From an uncultured bacterium (GTDB lineage: Bacteria > Oederibacteriota > PGYV01 > CAWJRG01): 64,000 nt of DNA. Below, piece by piece: positions 31,089-41,513 of this stretch. The notes below the pieces were generated by a model. That model was not told where the DNA came from. It was given only the letters and a program-made list of their open reading frames with translations, and did no database searches. The stretch lies in NCBI GenBank assembly GCA_963845185.1, contig CAWJRG010000009.1, positions 864,001 to 928,000 of the forward strand, read 5' to 3'. The first letter of the stretch is position 1, and the number at the start of each line of letters is the position of its first letter. A program made the position numbers and the translations under genes.

Positions 31089-34000
31089 TTAAAAATATCC
31101 TCTAAGCGTAACCATTGCCCTGTTAATCGTATCGTCTGTCAGGTCGTCGAGCCAGTAACCCGTGAACGGCTTTACCCCGTAAATTAAATCCAGAACAATG
31201 CTTCCCCAGATCACATGTTCGAGGTCCAGGTAAAAATCCGTGTGAGGAATGTCGGTCTTGTAACTCGTGCCCATCACTTTATAATCCAGTGTTATTTTTG
31301 TGTTTTTGCTGAATTTATAACCTATCTCCGTGTATCCCGTCATCCTGTTGATGTTGCTATTTGAATACGTGCCGTTTGCCACCGAATATTCAGGATTATC
31401 AAACAACTTTTCCCACCTGCCCAGCAGGCTGATGGTAAAATAATTTGTAACAAGTAGTTTGGTCGAGAGGTTGAGCGTATAGGAAGGCACGCGGGTATCC
31501 ACGGTCTGGCTCGGCCCGATCTTGTTGCCCTCATAATCATACCTGAAATAAATATCGTAATTATAGATTGCCAGCGACTGGTCATTTTTCAGCTCCAGCC
31601 TGGCCGCGTGCCTTTGATAAGCCGACCCCACTGCCGAGGCGCTTGTCAAATCTTCATCGTATTGAAACATCATCTGCGTGTTGCGTATGAAAGCGTACCA
31701 TCCGGCCGACAACGCCTTGATTATCGAGAAAGGCGGCACCTCATCCATTATATACGTGAGGGTTGCGAGTTCGGCTTCTTCTCCTGATTTATAGTCCCTG
31801 TTTATATAATCGTCCGGGAACCAATAGTCCAGTTTTCTATAATTCACGTCAAATGTCAGCGGCCCGCTGTTTACATCGCCGGTAACATAAACAAAAGGTT
31901 TCGGCGAATTACTTATATTTTGGCTGACCGCGTCCGACGCCGCATAGACTCCCCCCTGCTGGGGGTTGTAAAGCATGTAAACCGGCTGGTAATCGTCATA
32001 AAACGCGTAGCCGCCCTGTGACTGCAGGTTAAACATGGCCTTGTCGGCAATAGGCGTATTAAAATAAAAATCCCCGGTTATTATGTGCGACGATTCTTCG
32101 AGGTCCGCGGTAAACGGATTCGCGCCTTCATCATAGCCCCTGCGTTGGTTGTAATACAGCAGGCCTATATAGTCGTTGCTCAGGAAAGATTCTTTTAGCC
32201 TAACGCCTGCCACATACGAACTCCCGAGTTTGTACATATCCTCAAGCCAGTCCGAAACGCCTGCAAGCTCATAAGTGAGCCTGAGCGGGGCTATTGTTCC
32301 TACAACCTGCGCCCCTGTTATATTCGAACCAAGTGAGGAAACGTTAATAAGGCCGAAGGCATCATCAAAAAGTTTTGCCTGTTCGCCTGTAAACAAATTC
32401 AGCTCGTTCCCGGCTCCCCTGAGTATCAGGTGCGCCGAATTGACCTTGAGTTCAGTGTTTTGCCTGTCATAATACGCTCCCCTGAAATCAATTTTAGCGT
32501 TTATGAAATCATTGGGAGTAATTTCAAGGTTCAGGTCCTGCTGTGTGGACGCGCTAGTGGTATCAAACGCCGAGACTTGCCTTCCGAGCACATCATTCGC
32601 AAAGCTCTTCATGCCCCACCTTATATTGTCCACATATACGGCGCCCTCTATCGTGCCGTTAATGACCAGGTACATTTGCGCGAACTGCGCCATCCTCAGT
32701 TGGCCGATTTTCCTGTTGCCTGTGCCGCTGTTTCCCCATACATTATCGGTAAATTTAAAAAGCATGTTTTTGTTCCAGCCTGAATTAAGCTTCACAGGGT
32801 TGCATTCATTCCAGTTGCCTGCGGCGTCGTTGAATGCAATTGATAATTGCAGCGGCCCGCCGGGATTGTATAAGTCGAGCATTATTGAATTATAATTTGA
32901 AATGTCTTTTACCGCGTTGTATTCAATACCTGTTTTATTTCCTATATCTTTATAGATAAGCTCCATGGAATGTTTGCCCTCTGAGGCAAACTTATTTGAT
33001 ATCTGGATGTATCCTGCTCCCCACCCTGAAGTGGTTATGTTATTCGCGGCTATCCAGTTGCCTAATCCCTTTTCAAAGGTTCCTTCACCCTGCCCGTCGT
33101 CCCATACCTGGAACCTCAATTGCTGGCTCGTGATTTGCGAATTGTTCTCACCGGTTATGCCCGCGTAATCTCCCAGCGGCCCAAGCAGATTGTGCCTGGC
33201 AAACCGTATTTCAGTCACAACAAGTTTCCCTGTCATTTGTTTGTTCGGGTACACCTGGATAACGACATCGCGTATGTCGTTTCTCTGGTATAAATACTCG
33301 GTAAAGGTCCAGCCGCTTGCCTGTGATTTAAAAGACGGCGCGGTCAGGTCAATGAATAAATCCCTGTTCCAGCCCGGGGTTATGGCCATAGTTTTTGATT
33401 CATACCACGTATAATCCGGCCCTATCTTAAACGCGACTGATATCTGTACCGTTTGTGTCATGGGGTTATAGATTTCAAACTTCAGTCCTGAAACCGTGCT
33501 CCAGTCCATGTTTGCTGTGTAGTCGAAAGAGGCGTTATCCACGTTTGTCAGTGTAGCAAAACTTAATTCCATGCCTTTTTTATCAGTGTCTCCTACTTTG
33601 TCGACACACTGCACTGCCGTGGCGCGTGACCCCGAAACGCCTGCACTCCACAAAGTGCCTTTATCAAAATTATCCCACAGATAAAAAGAAAGGTTGCTTG
33701 TGTCATGGGCTATTATTGACTGTATTTTATCCAGATTTGTTGTCTTGAACTTTACATTGTCCACGAGCACATATCCCGGCCCCATTTCAGCAGGCACAAA
33801 TACCAGGTTCACTCTTTTCACCTGGTCTAAGTTGTCAGGTAAGGCTCTGGCCTCGTAATTTGTTTTTTCATTTTTCCATGTTTTTTGTTTTAGGTAAAAT
33901 GTTACATCCTTATTCCATCCCTTTTTCAGGTTTCTGGAAATTGATTCCTGCCATGCCCATTTATCACCTGTGCCGAATGCAATAGTCATGTTCATGGAAA

Positions 34001-34871
34001 AATCCCTCGGGTTGTATACATCCATTGTTATTTCATATACGTCTGTAAGGTCCAGTGAATCATCAAGGGCAAAAATCGCGTTCCCCCCCGGCGTTTTTTC
34101 GTCAAAACTTGCCATCATGCTTGCCTTGCCTTCGGTAGCCGTATATGTCACCTGCTGAACACTTGTGGCGCATGACCCGTCTGCCATTGCAGCCCATTGT
34201 AGTTTTTTTCCTTCAAATCCGTCTACAAGCACTTCCTTAATGTTTTCCGGTATCTTTACCGGCAATATGCCTGCTATGTTTTTGCCTTTTATCATTATAT
34301 TGTCAGTAAAAATATATCCGTCTGTTTTTTCAATGGCTGTAAACACAAGCATTATTTTCCTTACCCTTTCCATCCCCTTTATCATCTGGTCGTATTTTCC
34401 GTTTGAATCGCCTGTTTTATAAACAGGATTTTTTAAATTAAAAGTAATGTCCTTGTTCCATCCGGGTTTTAATTTTACCTGCTCGGCATCATATGTTATC
34501 CACTCCTCCCCCAAGCTGATTGAAAGATTAAAATTTATTTCATTCATCGAGGAATTATAAATATCAAGTTTAATTTCTTCGGCAGCCGACAAATCTCCTG
34601 CCTCAAGAAGCTGTATTGCCCCGTTTTCACCGGCTTTACCAGCGTTTATTAACGCCTGCAGGGACTGCTGCCCATCCGTTACATAATCCTTGCTCAATTT
34701 AAGCGAAGACATTATGTTGTTTGTCCATCCCGTGGTGGTCCACTGTATAGAGGATTCTTCAAAGGATTGCCACGTATAAAATTTATTAGGGTCAATATCC
34801 GAAGAAAAAAGTTGGATTGGAATTATAAGGAATGATAAAAAAATGATTGTACTGCATAACTTATGTTTCAT
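31089..34871 (-). CDS. Large exported protein: four CBM-like repeats plus C-terminal putative beta-barrel
   Basis: Four repeats (F[ED]..W..G..S....D.YN...GWN[KR]...DN); C-terminal ~480 aa of amphipathic strands ending TLRGYF. Confidence 0.75.
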   Translation of the reverse strand: MKHKLCSTIIFLSFLIIPIQLFSSDIDPNKFYTWQSFEESSIQWTTTGWTNNIMSSLKLSKDYVTDGQQSLQALINAGKAGENGAIQLLEAGDLSAAEEIKLDIYNSSMNEINFNLSISLGEEWITYDAEQVKLKPGWNKDITFNLKNPVYKTGDSNGKYDQMIKGMERVRKIMLVFTAIEKTDGYIFTDNIMIKGKNIAGILPVKIPENIKEVLVDGFEGKKLQWAAMADGSCATSVQQVTYTATEGKASMMASFDEKTPGGNAIFALDDSLDLTDVYEITMDVYNPRDFSMNMTIAFGTGDKWAWQESISRNLKKGWNKDVTFYLKQKTWKNEKTNYEARALPDNLDQVKRVNLVFVPAEMGPGYVLVDNVKFKTTNLDKIQSIIAHDTSNLSFYLWDNFDKGTLWSAGVSGSRATAVQCVDKVGDTDKKGMELSFATLTNVDNASFDYTANMDWSTVSGLKFEIYNPMTQTVQISVAFKIGPDYTWYESKTMAITPGWNRDLFIDLTAPSFKSQASGWTFTEYLYQRNDIRDVVIQVYPNKQMTGKLVVTEIRFARHNLLGPLGDYAGITGENNSQITSQQLRFQVWDDGQGEGTFEKGLGNWIAANNITTSGWGAGYIQISNKFASEGKHSMELIYKDIGNKTGIEYNAVKDISNYNSIMLDLYNPGGPLQLSIAFNDAAGNWNECNPVKLNSGWNKNMLFKFTDNVWGNSGTGNRKIGQLRMAQFAQMYLVINGTIEGAVYVDNIRWGMKSFANDVLGRQVSAFDTTSASTQQDLNLEITPNDFINAKIDFRGAYYDRQNTELKVNSAHLILRGAGNELNLFTGEQAKLFDDAFGLINVSSLGSNITGAQVVGTIAPLRLTYELAGVSDWLEDMYKLGSSYVAGVRLKESFLSNDYIGLLYYNQRRGYDEGANPFTADLEESSHIITGDFYFNTPIADKAMFNLQSQGGYAFYDDYQPVYMLYNPQQGGVYAASDAVSQNISNSPKPFVYVTGDVNSGPLTFDVNYRKLDYWFPDDYINRDYKSGEEAELATLTYIMDEVPPFSIIKALSAGWYAFIRNTQMMFQYDEDLTSASAVGSAYQRHAARLELKNDQSLAIYNYDIYFRYDYEGNKIGPSQTVDTRVPSYTLNLSTKLLVTNYFTISLLGRWEKLFDNPEYSVANGTYSNSNINRMTGYTEIGYKFSKNTKITLDYKVMGTSYKTDIPHTDFYLDLEHVIWGSIVLDLIYGVKPFTGYWLDDLTDDTINRAMVTLRGYF

Positions 34872-35053
34872 AAATGCCTCCCTTAGTTATTCTTATTTAT
34901 TATTAAAATATGCATAATTTTTTAATTTATTAGTGGAAACATTAGCACGAAAACGTTTTCCTGTCAACTTTGTATTTTGAATTTTATAGAATTTTTGGGA
35001 AATAGTAGTATTTATTAAGATATAATTTTCTATATTTTGATTTTACTTTTCCA

Positions 35054-36703
35054 TCATCTTAATAAAACAAAAACATCTGTCTGGCTTATTTGCTCGAGAT
35101 TGCCGTTTTTGTTGTCATAAATTGCGTAGTAATATATTCCGTTCGCAGGGTTGTTTATATACTGCCGGAACTTATAATTATCTATTTTTTCCTCGTGCCA
35201 TCCCTTTGTCAAATTATAATCCGTCAGGTAAAATTGAGCTATAAGCCTGCACGCAAAGGTATAAATCTTTACCCACACTACGTTTTCAGGCTGCGACAAA
35301 TAGAATTTAATAGTTATATACTGCGTAGAATTATAATTAACAGGGTTTGGATAAATGACAACCCCTTTTGGGGGGTTATATGTAGGCGTAGCAGTAGGCA
35401 CAGGAGTATTAGTGTATGTCGGAGTAATAGTAAATGTCCGGGTAATTGTGTATGTGGGAGTAGGTGACAACACCGGAGATACTGTATATGTGGGCGTAGG
35501 TGACACAACAGGCGTATTTGTCGGCGACTGGCAGATGGAATGCGCTATTCCCGTAAGCCAGTTTTTTATGTCAGTCCCGTGGCATGAAGTTGGTGTAAAA
35601 TTCCAGTTTGTAATAAGGCTCGGAGCAGATGAGGTATGTAAGCACCATGCCGTGGCATTAAAGGCATAATTCTCATTGTTCGAGCCGTTTATCCACGTAA
35701 GAAAGTTCGATTCCCAGGGGTTACAGCCGCTGTTAATCAAAGTATTCCCTGTTGATGGCCCAAATTCGCCTATGGTGACGCAGTATCCTGCGCTGACGGC
35801 TGCGCCGATGTATTGTTCCCATGTGGATGCATTATCGTTTCCGGATGGATAATTTATGTTATCGTAATTGTGCTCTTCGTACATGATACCGTAACCGTTT
35901 AAAGTATTGCCGGTATTCCTGTCTACCATGGCATGGCTTGGCACGCCTGTCAAATCTTTTGCCCACGTCACCCCGCCTACTATAATGACATTTTTCGCAC
36001 CTGTATCACGGACAGTCTGGACCAGCGTCTGGAATCCCGGGCAAGTGAATCCCTCGTTGCTAGTGCCGCCGTTCTGCCATGTGTACCATGTGTTTGTGGT
36101 TGGGTATGGTTCATTGTATAAATCAAAAAGTACATCGGGGTTATTCGCAAATATCGCGGCAACGCTATGCCAGAAAGCTATGGAATTTTCATCTGGCATT
36201 GACTGTTGTTTTACGTTCGTGGATGACCCCCATGAACCATTGCCCGACCAGTGCAGGTCAAGCTCGACATAACAGTCAAGAGCCGACGCTGTGTTAACCA
36301 CATTGGCAACATAATTCCTGTAATTTGTCTCAAGTGTTGTATTCTGGGTTGTTGAAGAGGAATTATCCCCTCCGGTATCATAGCCGAACCAGTAATCCTG
36401 GTTCAAAGGGATGCGCACAAAATTGCAATTCCACGTATTAACGGCTACAGTTATTGATTGCGTCATATCGCCGCCATCGCCATTTGGAGGGCCCTCCCCT
36501 GTCGGTGACCACTCAATCCCGTCTACATCCACGCCTGTCAGCCTTACTGAACAGCCTGAGCTTGCCGATACTAGTTTGGTTCCCTGCACCTGAAGTTGCA
36601 TTGGCGTGGCATGCAAATAATTATAATTGGATAAAAACATACAGAATAATAATATGAAGGCAATCATTAAAATCCTTAACGCCGAATCCGCTTTTTTTCT
36701 CAT
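35054..36703 (-). CDS. Secreted GH5 with PT linker and T9SS-like CTD (paralog of 16970-18505)
   Basis: RIPLNQ, LDLHW, LYNEP, IGEFG; IYPNP...ANGIYY. Confidence 0.9.
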   Translation of the reverse strand: MRKKADSALRILMIAFILLFCMFLSNYNYLHATPMQLQVQGTKLVSASSGCSVRLTGVDVDGIEWSPTGEGPPNGDGGDMTQSITVAVNTWNCNFVRIPLNQDYWFGYDTGGDNSSSTTQNTTLETNYRNYVANVVNTASALDCYVELDLHWSGNGSWGSSTNVKQQSMPDENSIAFWHSVAAIFANNPDVLFDLYNEPYPTTNTWYTWQNGGTSNEGFTCPGFQTLVQTVRDTGAKNVIIVGGVTWAKDLTGVPSHAMVDRNTGNTLNGYGIMYEEHNYDNINYPSGNDNASTWEQYIGAAVSAGYCVTIGEFGPSTGNTLINSGCNPWESNFLTWINGSNNENYAFNATAWCLHTSSAPSLITNWNFTPTSCHGTDIKNWLTGIAHSICQSPTNTPVVSPTPTYTVSPVLSPTPTYTITRTFTITPTYTNTPVPTATPTYNPPKGVVIYPNPVNYNSTQYITIKFYLSQPENVVWVKIYTFACRLIAQFYLTDYNLTKGWHEEKIDNYKFRQYINNPANGIYYYAIYDNKNGNLEQISQTDVFVLLR

Positions 36704-36894
36704 GTCACTCTCCCGTAATATATTAGTTTTGATAACTGCTGTTTATTATTGAGAGCCAAAAAATAAAAAAGGCGGCTTGCTGTCTCTCCACTTGCCCAAA
36801 AATAGCAAGCCCCTCATCCTAAAAAACAAATTCTAATCAATCATCTGTTGTTTGAAACTTGTGTGATTTTTATAATCAAAGATTTACTTTTCCA

Positions 36895-38502
36895 TCATCT
36901 CAACAAAATAAAAGCGTCTGTCTGGCTTATTTGCTCGAGATTACCGTTTTTATTGTCATAAATCGCGTAATAATATATGCCGTTTGCAGCATTGTATAAA
37001 TACTGCTGCACATATATTTGTTCCTTGTGCCATCCCTGCGGCAAATTATAATCAGTCAGGTAAAATTGGGCAATGAGCCTCAACGAAAAGGTATAAATCT
37101 TCACCCATACTACGCTTTCAAACCGCGGCAAATAGAATTTAATGGTCATCCATTGGGTTGTATTATAATTCACAGGGTTCGGATAAATCATAATACCTTT
37201 GGATGGGTTATATGTAGGAGTAAAGGTCGGTACGGGAGTAATAGTGTGTGTTGGCGTAACAGTATATGAGGGTGTAGGCGACACTATAGGCGTCACAGTA
37301 GAAGTTTCAGTTATTGTATACGTTGGCGTCGGAGATACAATTGGTGTATTTGTAGGTGTATAGAAGTTTTTTGGGAAATTCCCAGACATTAAAAGCATAG
37401 TCATTACTCCAAGCGCGCCGCTATAGTAATTACCATAGCCAAGATTATAGTCTGCTGTGAAATAATTGTCTAAATTGGTCTGGTAAGCGGATGATTCCAT
37501 AAGCGAGCATCCATCCGGGCCGACAAAAGCCGCGTTATTCCATTGGCCTGTTGCGGCGCCTGTGGCAACATTATAGCCATCTACTACGCTTCCGGGTGTT
37601 TTTCCGCTCCAAAATGCCGCCATTTCATTATATTCTGTTTGCATGTTTGGAGATTGTCCACCGTTCCATACAAAATCAATGGCATATCTCCATGGCACCC
37701 TGCATGAGTTATAGCTGTATTCGGGATAACTGTATTGGGTCCCGAGGCCATATGCGGTCCCTGTATGCGTTAGCTCTTCCGCCACAAGCCCGTGTGTGCT
37801 CATTCCAACTGCAAGGTTGCTGTCGCACTTGGCCAGTACGTTGTTCCAGAAAGTAGCATCTGATGGATTCACAACGGCATATTCCCTGTACCATGCCGGC
37901 ATATAATATGAAGGAAATTCCTCAGTGTCCCATCCGTCGCCAGGCTTCAAATGGTAATCGTATGAAACGCAGTCATAGGTCTTTAATTTTGTTATTTCGG
38001 CCGATGCAAGCGACAAGTAATTATACGTACCGCCCGAACCCCATTCCCTGTCTGCCATGACCAGTGAAAAAGCTATATCTTCATCTGCATCAGTGGCAGA
38101 ACCTGCACCGTCTGATGCCATTGCATTGGCCGAATTTATATGCCAGTCCATTAGCAGATTTCCATCATTATGACTTTGCTTGTACTGCCATAGGTTATTC
38201 AACAATGCTTGGTTGGAAAAATATATGGCCATAATCATTCCATATCCAATGCCTTCTGATACGGTGTCGTTACTATCTTCAGGCCTTTGCACTCGCTGGT
38301 ATCCTCCAGCGCCGTTTGAGGTTATGCAATTGGAAACCCATGTATTGTATGCTGCCAGTGCATTAGCAGTGGCATTAGCGTCTGTCGTCTGTATACCATA
38401 GGGATATATGACGTTCCACGGATACGAAGCATATACTTTCCCAAAAATAAAAATAGCCACTGCAAACAATATTATCTTTAAATAAACTCTTGCTTTGCTC
38501 AT
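36895..38502 (-). CDS. Secreted GH8 with PT linker and T9SS-like CTD
   Basis: TVSEGIGYGM, ATDADEDIAFSL, PSYYMP, YNSCRVPWR. Confidence 0.92.
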   Translation of the reverse strand: MSKARVYLKIILFAVAIFIFGKVYASYPWNVIYPYGIQTTDANATANALAAYNTWVSNCITSNGAGGYQRVQRPEDSNDTVSEGIGYGMIMAIYFSNQALLNNLWQYKQSHNDGNLLMDWHINSANAMASDGAGSATDADEDIAFSLVMADREWGSGGTYNYLSLASAEITKLKTYDCVSYDYHLKPGDGWDTEEFPSYYMPAWYREYAVVNPSDATFWNNVLAKCDSNLAVGMSTHGLVAEELTHTGTAYGLGTQYSYPEYSYNSCRVPWRYAIDFVWNGGQSPNMQTEYNEMAAFWSGKTPGSVVDGYNVATGAATGQWNNAAFVGPDGCSLMESSAYQTNLDNYFTADYNLGYGNYYSGALGVMTMLLMSGNFPKNFYTPTNTPIVSPTPTYTITETSTVTPIVSPTPSYTVTPTHTITPVPTFTPTYNPSKGIMIYPNPVNYNTTQWMTIKFYLPRFESVVWVKIYTFSLRLIAQFYLTDYNLPQGWHKEQIYVQQYLYNAANGIYYYAIYDNKNGNLEQISQTDAFILLR

Positions 38503-38728
38503 TTTTGAATTCTCCTATTTTTAGGTAAATCAATTTTAAGCGTTATAATTATAATATAAATGGTGTATTTTGTCAAACTTTGAAGAAAAAATTCGATATA
38601 TGTCAAATCAAATTATTATTATTATTTTAGATTCTTTTCTTATACCTGCATTAAATTATATATGCATTTCCGTAAAAAAGGTTGCACTCTTTTTTAGTTT
38701 AATTTTTATTCGTACATTATTTATAGGT

Positions 38729-39265
38729 TTACTTATTTACAACCTCCAGGCCTCCAAAAACCACATCAGCCTCGACAAGCAGGCATGGCAAGGTTTCCTT
38801 GTAAGCCTTTGTAGTATATTTGTATTTTCCAAAAGATATGATATTCCCGTCGGGTGTCCTTGCGCCCGCAAAAGCCGAATTAATAACTACTTTAACCGGC
38901 GCTTCGGGGTTGATTTTAATCACAGCATCGCCGAACACGGTATTTACTTTAACTGATTTTGTTTTGTCGGTCACGGCAATCCCTGATAAGTCAATGATGC
39001 TTCTTCCGAAAACAACACTGTATTCATTGGAGGCTTCAGCATTTGCGTCGATATTACCCTCCTCAAACATTGTCACATTTTTTTCATGCCTCGGCCACGG
39101 CTCTCCAACAAGTACTTTTATGCCGAGATAAATCAAGAATATCGCAAAAAGAATCCTGAAAATAGGCAGGTTTATTCCGAATACTGCCTTTAAAATCACA
39201 AGAACGCCGAACAAAATAAGTAAAGCTCCCCAGAATATTCCGCTGAACATTAAGCCCATTCTCAT
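38729..39265 (-). CDS. LiaF-like membrane protein (DUF2154-like)
   Basis: FWGALLILFG TM region; VVFG repeats. Confidence 0.7.
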   Translation of the reverse strand: MRMGLMFSGIFWGALLILFGVLVILKAVFGINLPIFRILFAIFLIYLGIKVLVGEPWPRHEKNVTMFEEGNIDANAEASNEYSVVFGRSIIDLSGIAVTDKTKSVKVNTVFGDAVIKINPEAPVKVVINSAFAGARTPDGNIISFGKYKYTTKAYKETLPCLLVEADVVFGGLEVVNK

Positions 39266-39373
39266 ACATACCTCCTTTGTTAATAATTTTCAATTTTCAA
39301 TTCCAAATTTTCAATGAAAAACAAAACTTTTTTCTTTCCTTTCAATCAATTTTTATTATAAGGCAAAAAAACC

Positions 39374-40954
39374 TCAACTTTTAACCTTAAACTTCTCTTT
39401 AACCATCACTATAAACCTGTCTCCTTCCTTAATTCTGAATACTTTCAACAGCAGGTAATACAAAAGCGTGCCTGCAATTATCGCCGCAAGCACCACAACT
39501 CCGTTTTTCATCCTGCTCGTACCTGCCGAAAGCAATATTTCCATGTAGTGAGCAAAAATAAAAATAATCACTCCCATGATTAGCGATGCGCCCAGGATTT
39601 TCAGGACGAACTTCACAAGCCCACTTGTATCTATGTCGCCTATCTGCCGTGTAATCACGCTGTAAAGCAGGGTAAAATTAATTATGCCGCTTATTGCCGT
39701 GCCGAGAGCCAGGCCGATAAACCCAAGTGGAAAAGCCAGCGCTATATTTAGTATGACGTTTATTACAAGCGACAGCAGCCCTATTTTGACCGCCTGATTC
39801 GCCTTGTCGAGCGCGTAGAAAACCGGCGTCAGTATCTTGTTTCCGCTGTAAGCAAAAATCGCGATGCTGTACATTATGGAAACCTTTGCCGTATTTAAAA
39901 CATCCGTATAAGTGAATTTACCGTAATAAAAAAGCAAGGTATTTATTTCCCTGCTTAAAAATATTATCCCGGCTGAGGCAGGCAGCACTATAAAAAAAGC
40001 CTGTTTCAGGGACGAATGAATTGTTTCCTTCAGGCTTTTATAATCCTTTTTTGCAACGTAAGATGATATAAACGGAAATGAAACCGTGGCTATCGCGACA
40101 CCAAATACTCCCAGCGGCAATTGCATTAGCCTGTTTCCGTAATATAGGTAAGTGACGCTGCCGGCAGTTAAAAATGAGGCTATCATGGTATTTATTATAA
40201 GGCTCAGCTGGGTTATTGACTGCCCGATGGTCGCAGGCACCATTAATTTACCTATTCTTCTCAATCCGGCTTCCTTTAAGTCAATAATAAACTTCCATTT
40301 AAAACCCAGTTTAAAAGCAGGTATAAACTGGAGTATGATCTGCAATAAAGCCCCTGTAAGCGCGCCGGCTGCCCAGCCGTAAATTTGCCTGCCTTCCGGC
40401 AGCCTGGGGCATACGAATATCCCGAAGAATATCCATCCGATGTTGAGGACAACAGGCGCGAAGGCGGGTATAGAAAATTTTTTAAACGAGTTGAGTATGC
40501 CTAAGAATATTGCGGCTATGCTCACAAGCATAATAAACGGGAATAAAATCCTGGTAAGCTGTGTTGTCAGCGCGAACTTTGCCGGGTCTTTAGTGAACCC
40601 AGGCGCTATTATCATGACAATAACAGGCGCTATGATTATTCCAAGCACGACTATCAGCGTCAATATTATCGACAGCACGGTCAGGACATTATTAACGAGT
40701 TTCCATACGTCCTTATCGTTTTTGTTTTCGATATAATCCGTGAACACAGGCACAAACGCCGACGATAGCGAGCCCTCTGCAAGCAAATCGCGCAAAAGGT
40801 TTGGTATCCTGAATGCCACAAAATACGCGTCTGATATCAGTCCTACGCCGAATAAAGCCGCAGATATGGCGTCGCGGATATAACCCAGTATCCTGGAAAG
40901 CATTGTTATTACAGAAACTATGGCTGCTGCACCTGCTATTTTTCTGCCTGACAT
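39374..40954 (-). CDS. murJ: Lipid II flippase MurJ
   Basis: SRILGYIRD, AFRIPNLLRDLLAEG, RLMQLPLGVFG. Confidence 0.96.
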   Translation of the reverse strand: MSGRKIAGAAAIVSVITMLSRILGYIRDAISAALFGVGLISDAYFVAFRIPNLLRDLLAEGSLSSAFVPVFTDYIENKNDKDVWKLVNNVLTVLSIILTLIVVLGIIIAPVIVMIIAPGFTKDPAKFALTTQLTRILFPFIMLVSIAAIFLGILNSFKKFSIPAFAPVVLNIGWIFFGIFVCPRLPEGRQIYGWAAGALTGALLQIILQFIPAFKLGFKWKFIIDLKEAGLRRIGKLMVPATIGQSITQLSLIINTMIASFLTAGSVTYLYYGNRLMQLPLGVFGVAIATVSFPFISSYVAKKDYKSLKETIHSSLKQAFFIVLPASAGIIFLSREINTLLFYYGKFTYTDVLNTAKVSIMYSIAIFAYSGNKILTPVFYALDKANQAVKIGLLSLVINVILNIALAFPLGFIGLALGTAISGIINFTLLYSVITRQIGDIDTSGLVKFVLKILGASLIMGVIIFIFAHYMEILLSAGTSRMKNGVVVLAAIIAGTLLYYLLLKVFRIKEGDRFIVMVKEKFKVKS

Positions 40955-40992
40955 GTTTCAGATCCTCGTTTATTGGTTTCTTAGTATCTTGG

Positions 40993-41400
40993 TTACTCGG
41001 TAGATATGTTATTACTCTTAAATTTTTCGCCCTTATATTTGGAGATTTTTAAATATTTAATCAGATTATTTATCATTGCCGATAATTTTTTGCAATCATT
41101 AAAAAGCCTTTTATATGTTTCATTATCAATATATTTTTGGTTCTGCGCTATGTTTAGCTGTGCCCTTAACTCGCCGCACGAACCTTTTGATATAAAAAGA
41201 AACTGTATAAACTCTGTTGAAGAACCTCTTTCAAAGCCTTCCGCTATATTTGATATTATTGATATGCTTGATCTTTTTATTTGTTCGGATAATGCAAAAT
41301 CCTTTTTAAATTCCCTCTCTTTAATTATTTTGTAAATATCATTATTCAAATCTCTTGCTTTTTTATAGATATTCAATTCTTCAAAACATTCAACCTTCAT
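40993..41400 (-). CDS. Four helix bundle protein (23S rRNA IVP/bAvd-like family)
   Basis: FEELNIYKKA, QIKRSSISIISNIAEGFER, FLFISKGSCGELRAQL. Confidence 0.92.
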   Translation of the reverse strand: MKVECFEELNIYKKARDLNNDIYKIIKEREFKKDFALSEQIKRSSISIISNIAEGFERGSSTEFIQFLFISKGSCGELRAQLNIAQNQKYIDNETYKRLFNDCKKLSAMINNLIKYLKISKYKGEKFKSNNISTE

Positions 41401-41513
41401 CTCACACCTTCGGCACATTTCTATCTTGTATTTTCTGCAACCAAGAAACTCAGAGATCCAGAGACTCAGAAACCCAGAGACATAGAAACCATACCATAGA
41501 TTATATCCGTATA

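Noticed and set aside
40993..41400. Diversity-generating retroelement (Avd-like protein)
   Set aside because: No reverse transcriptase and no TR/VR pair with adenine-specific differences seen
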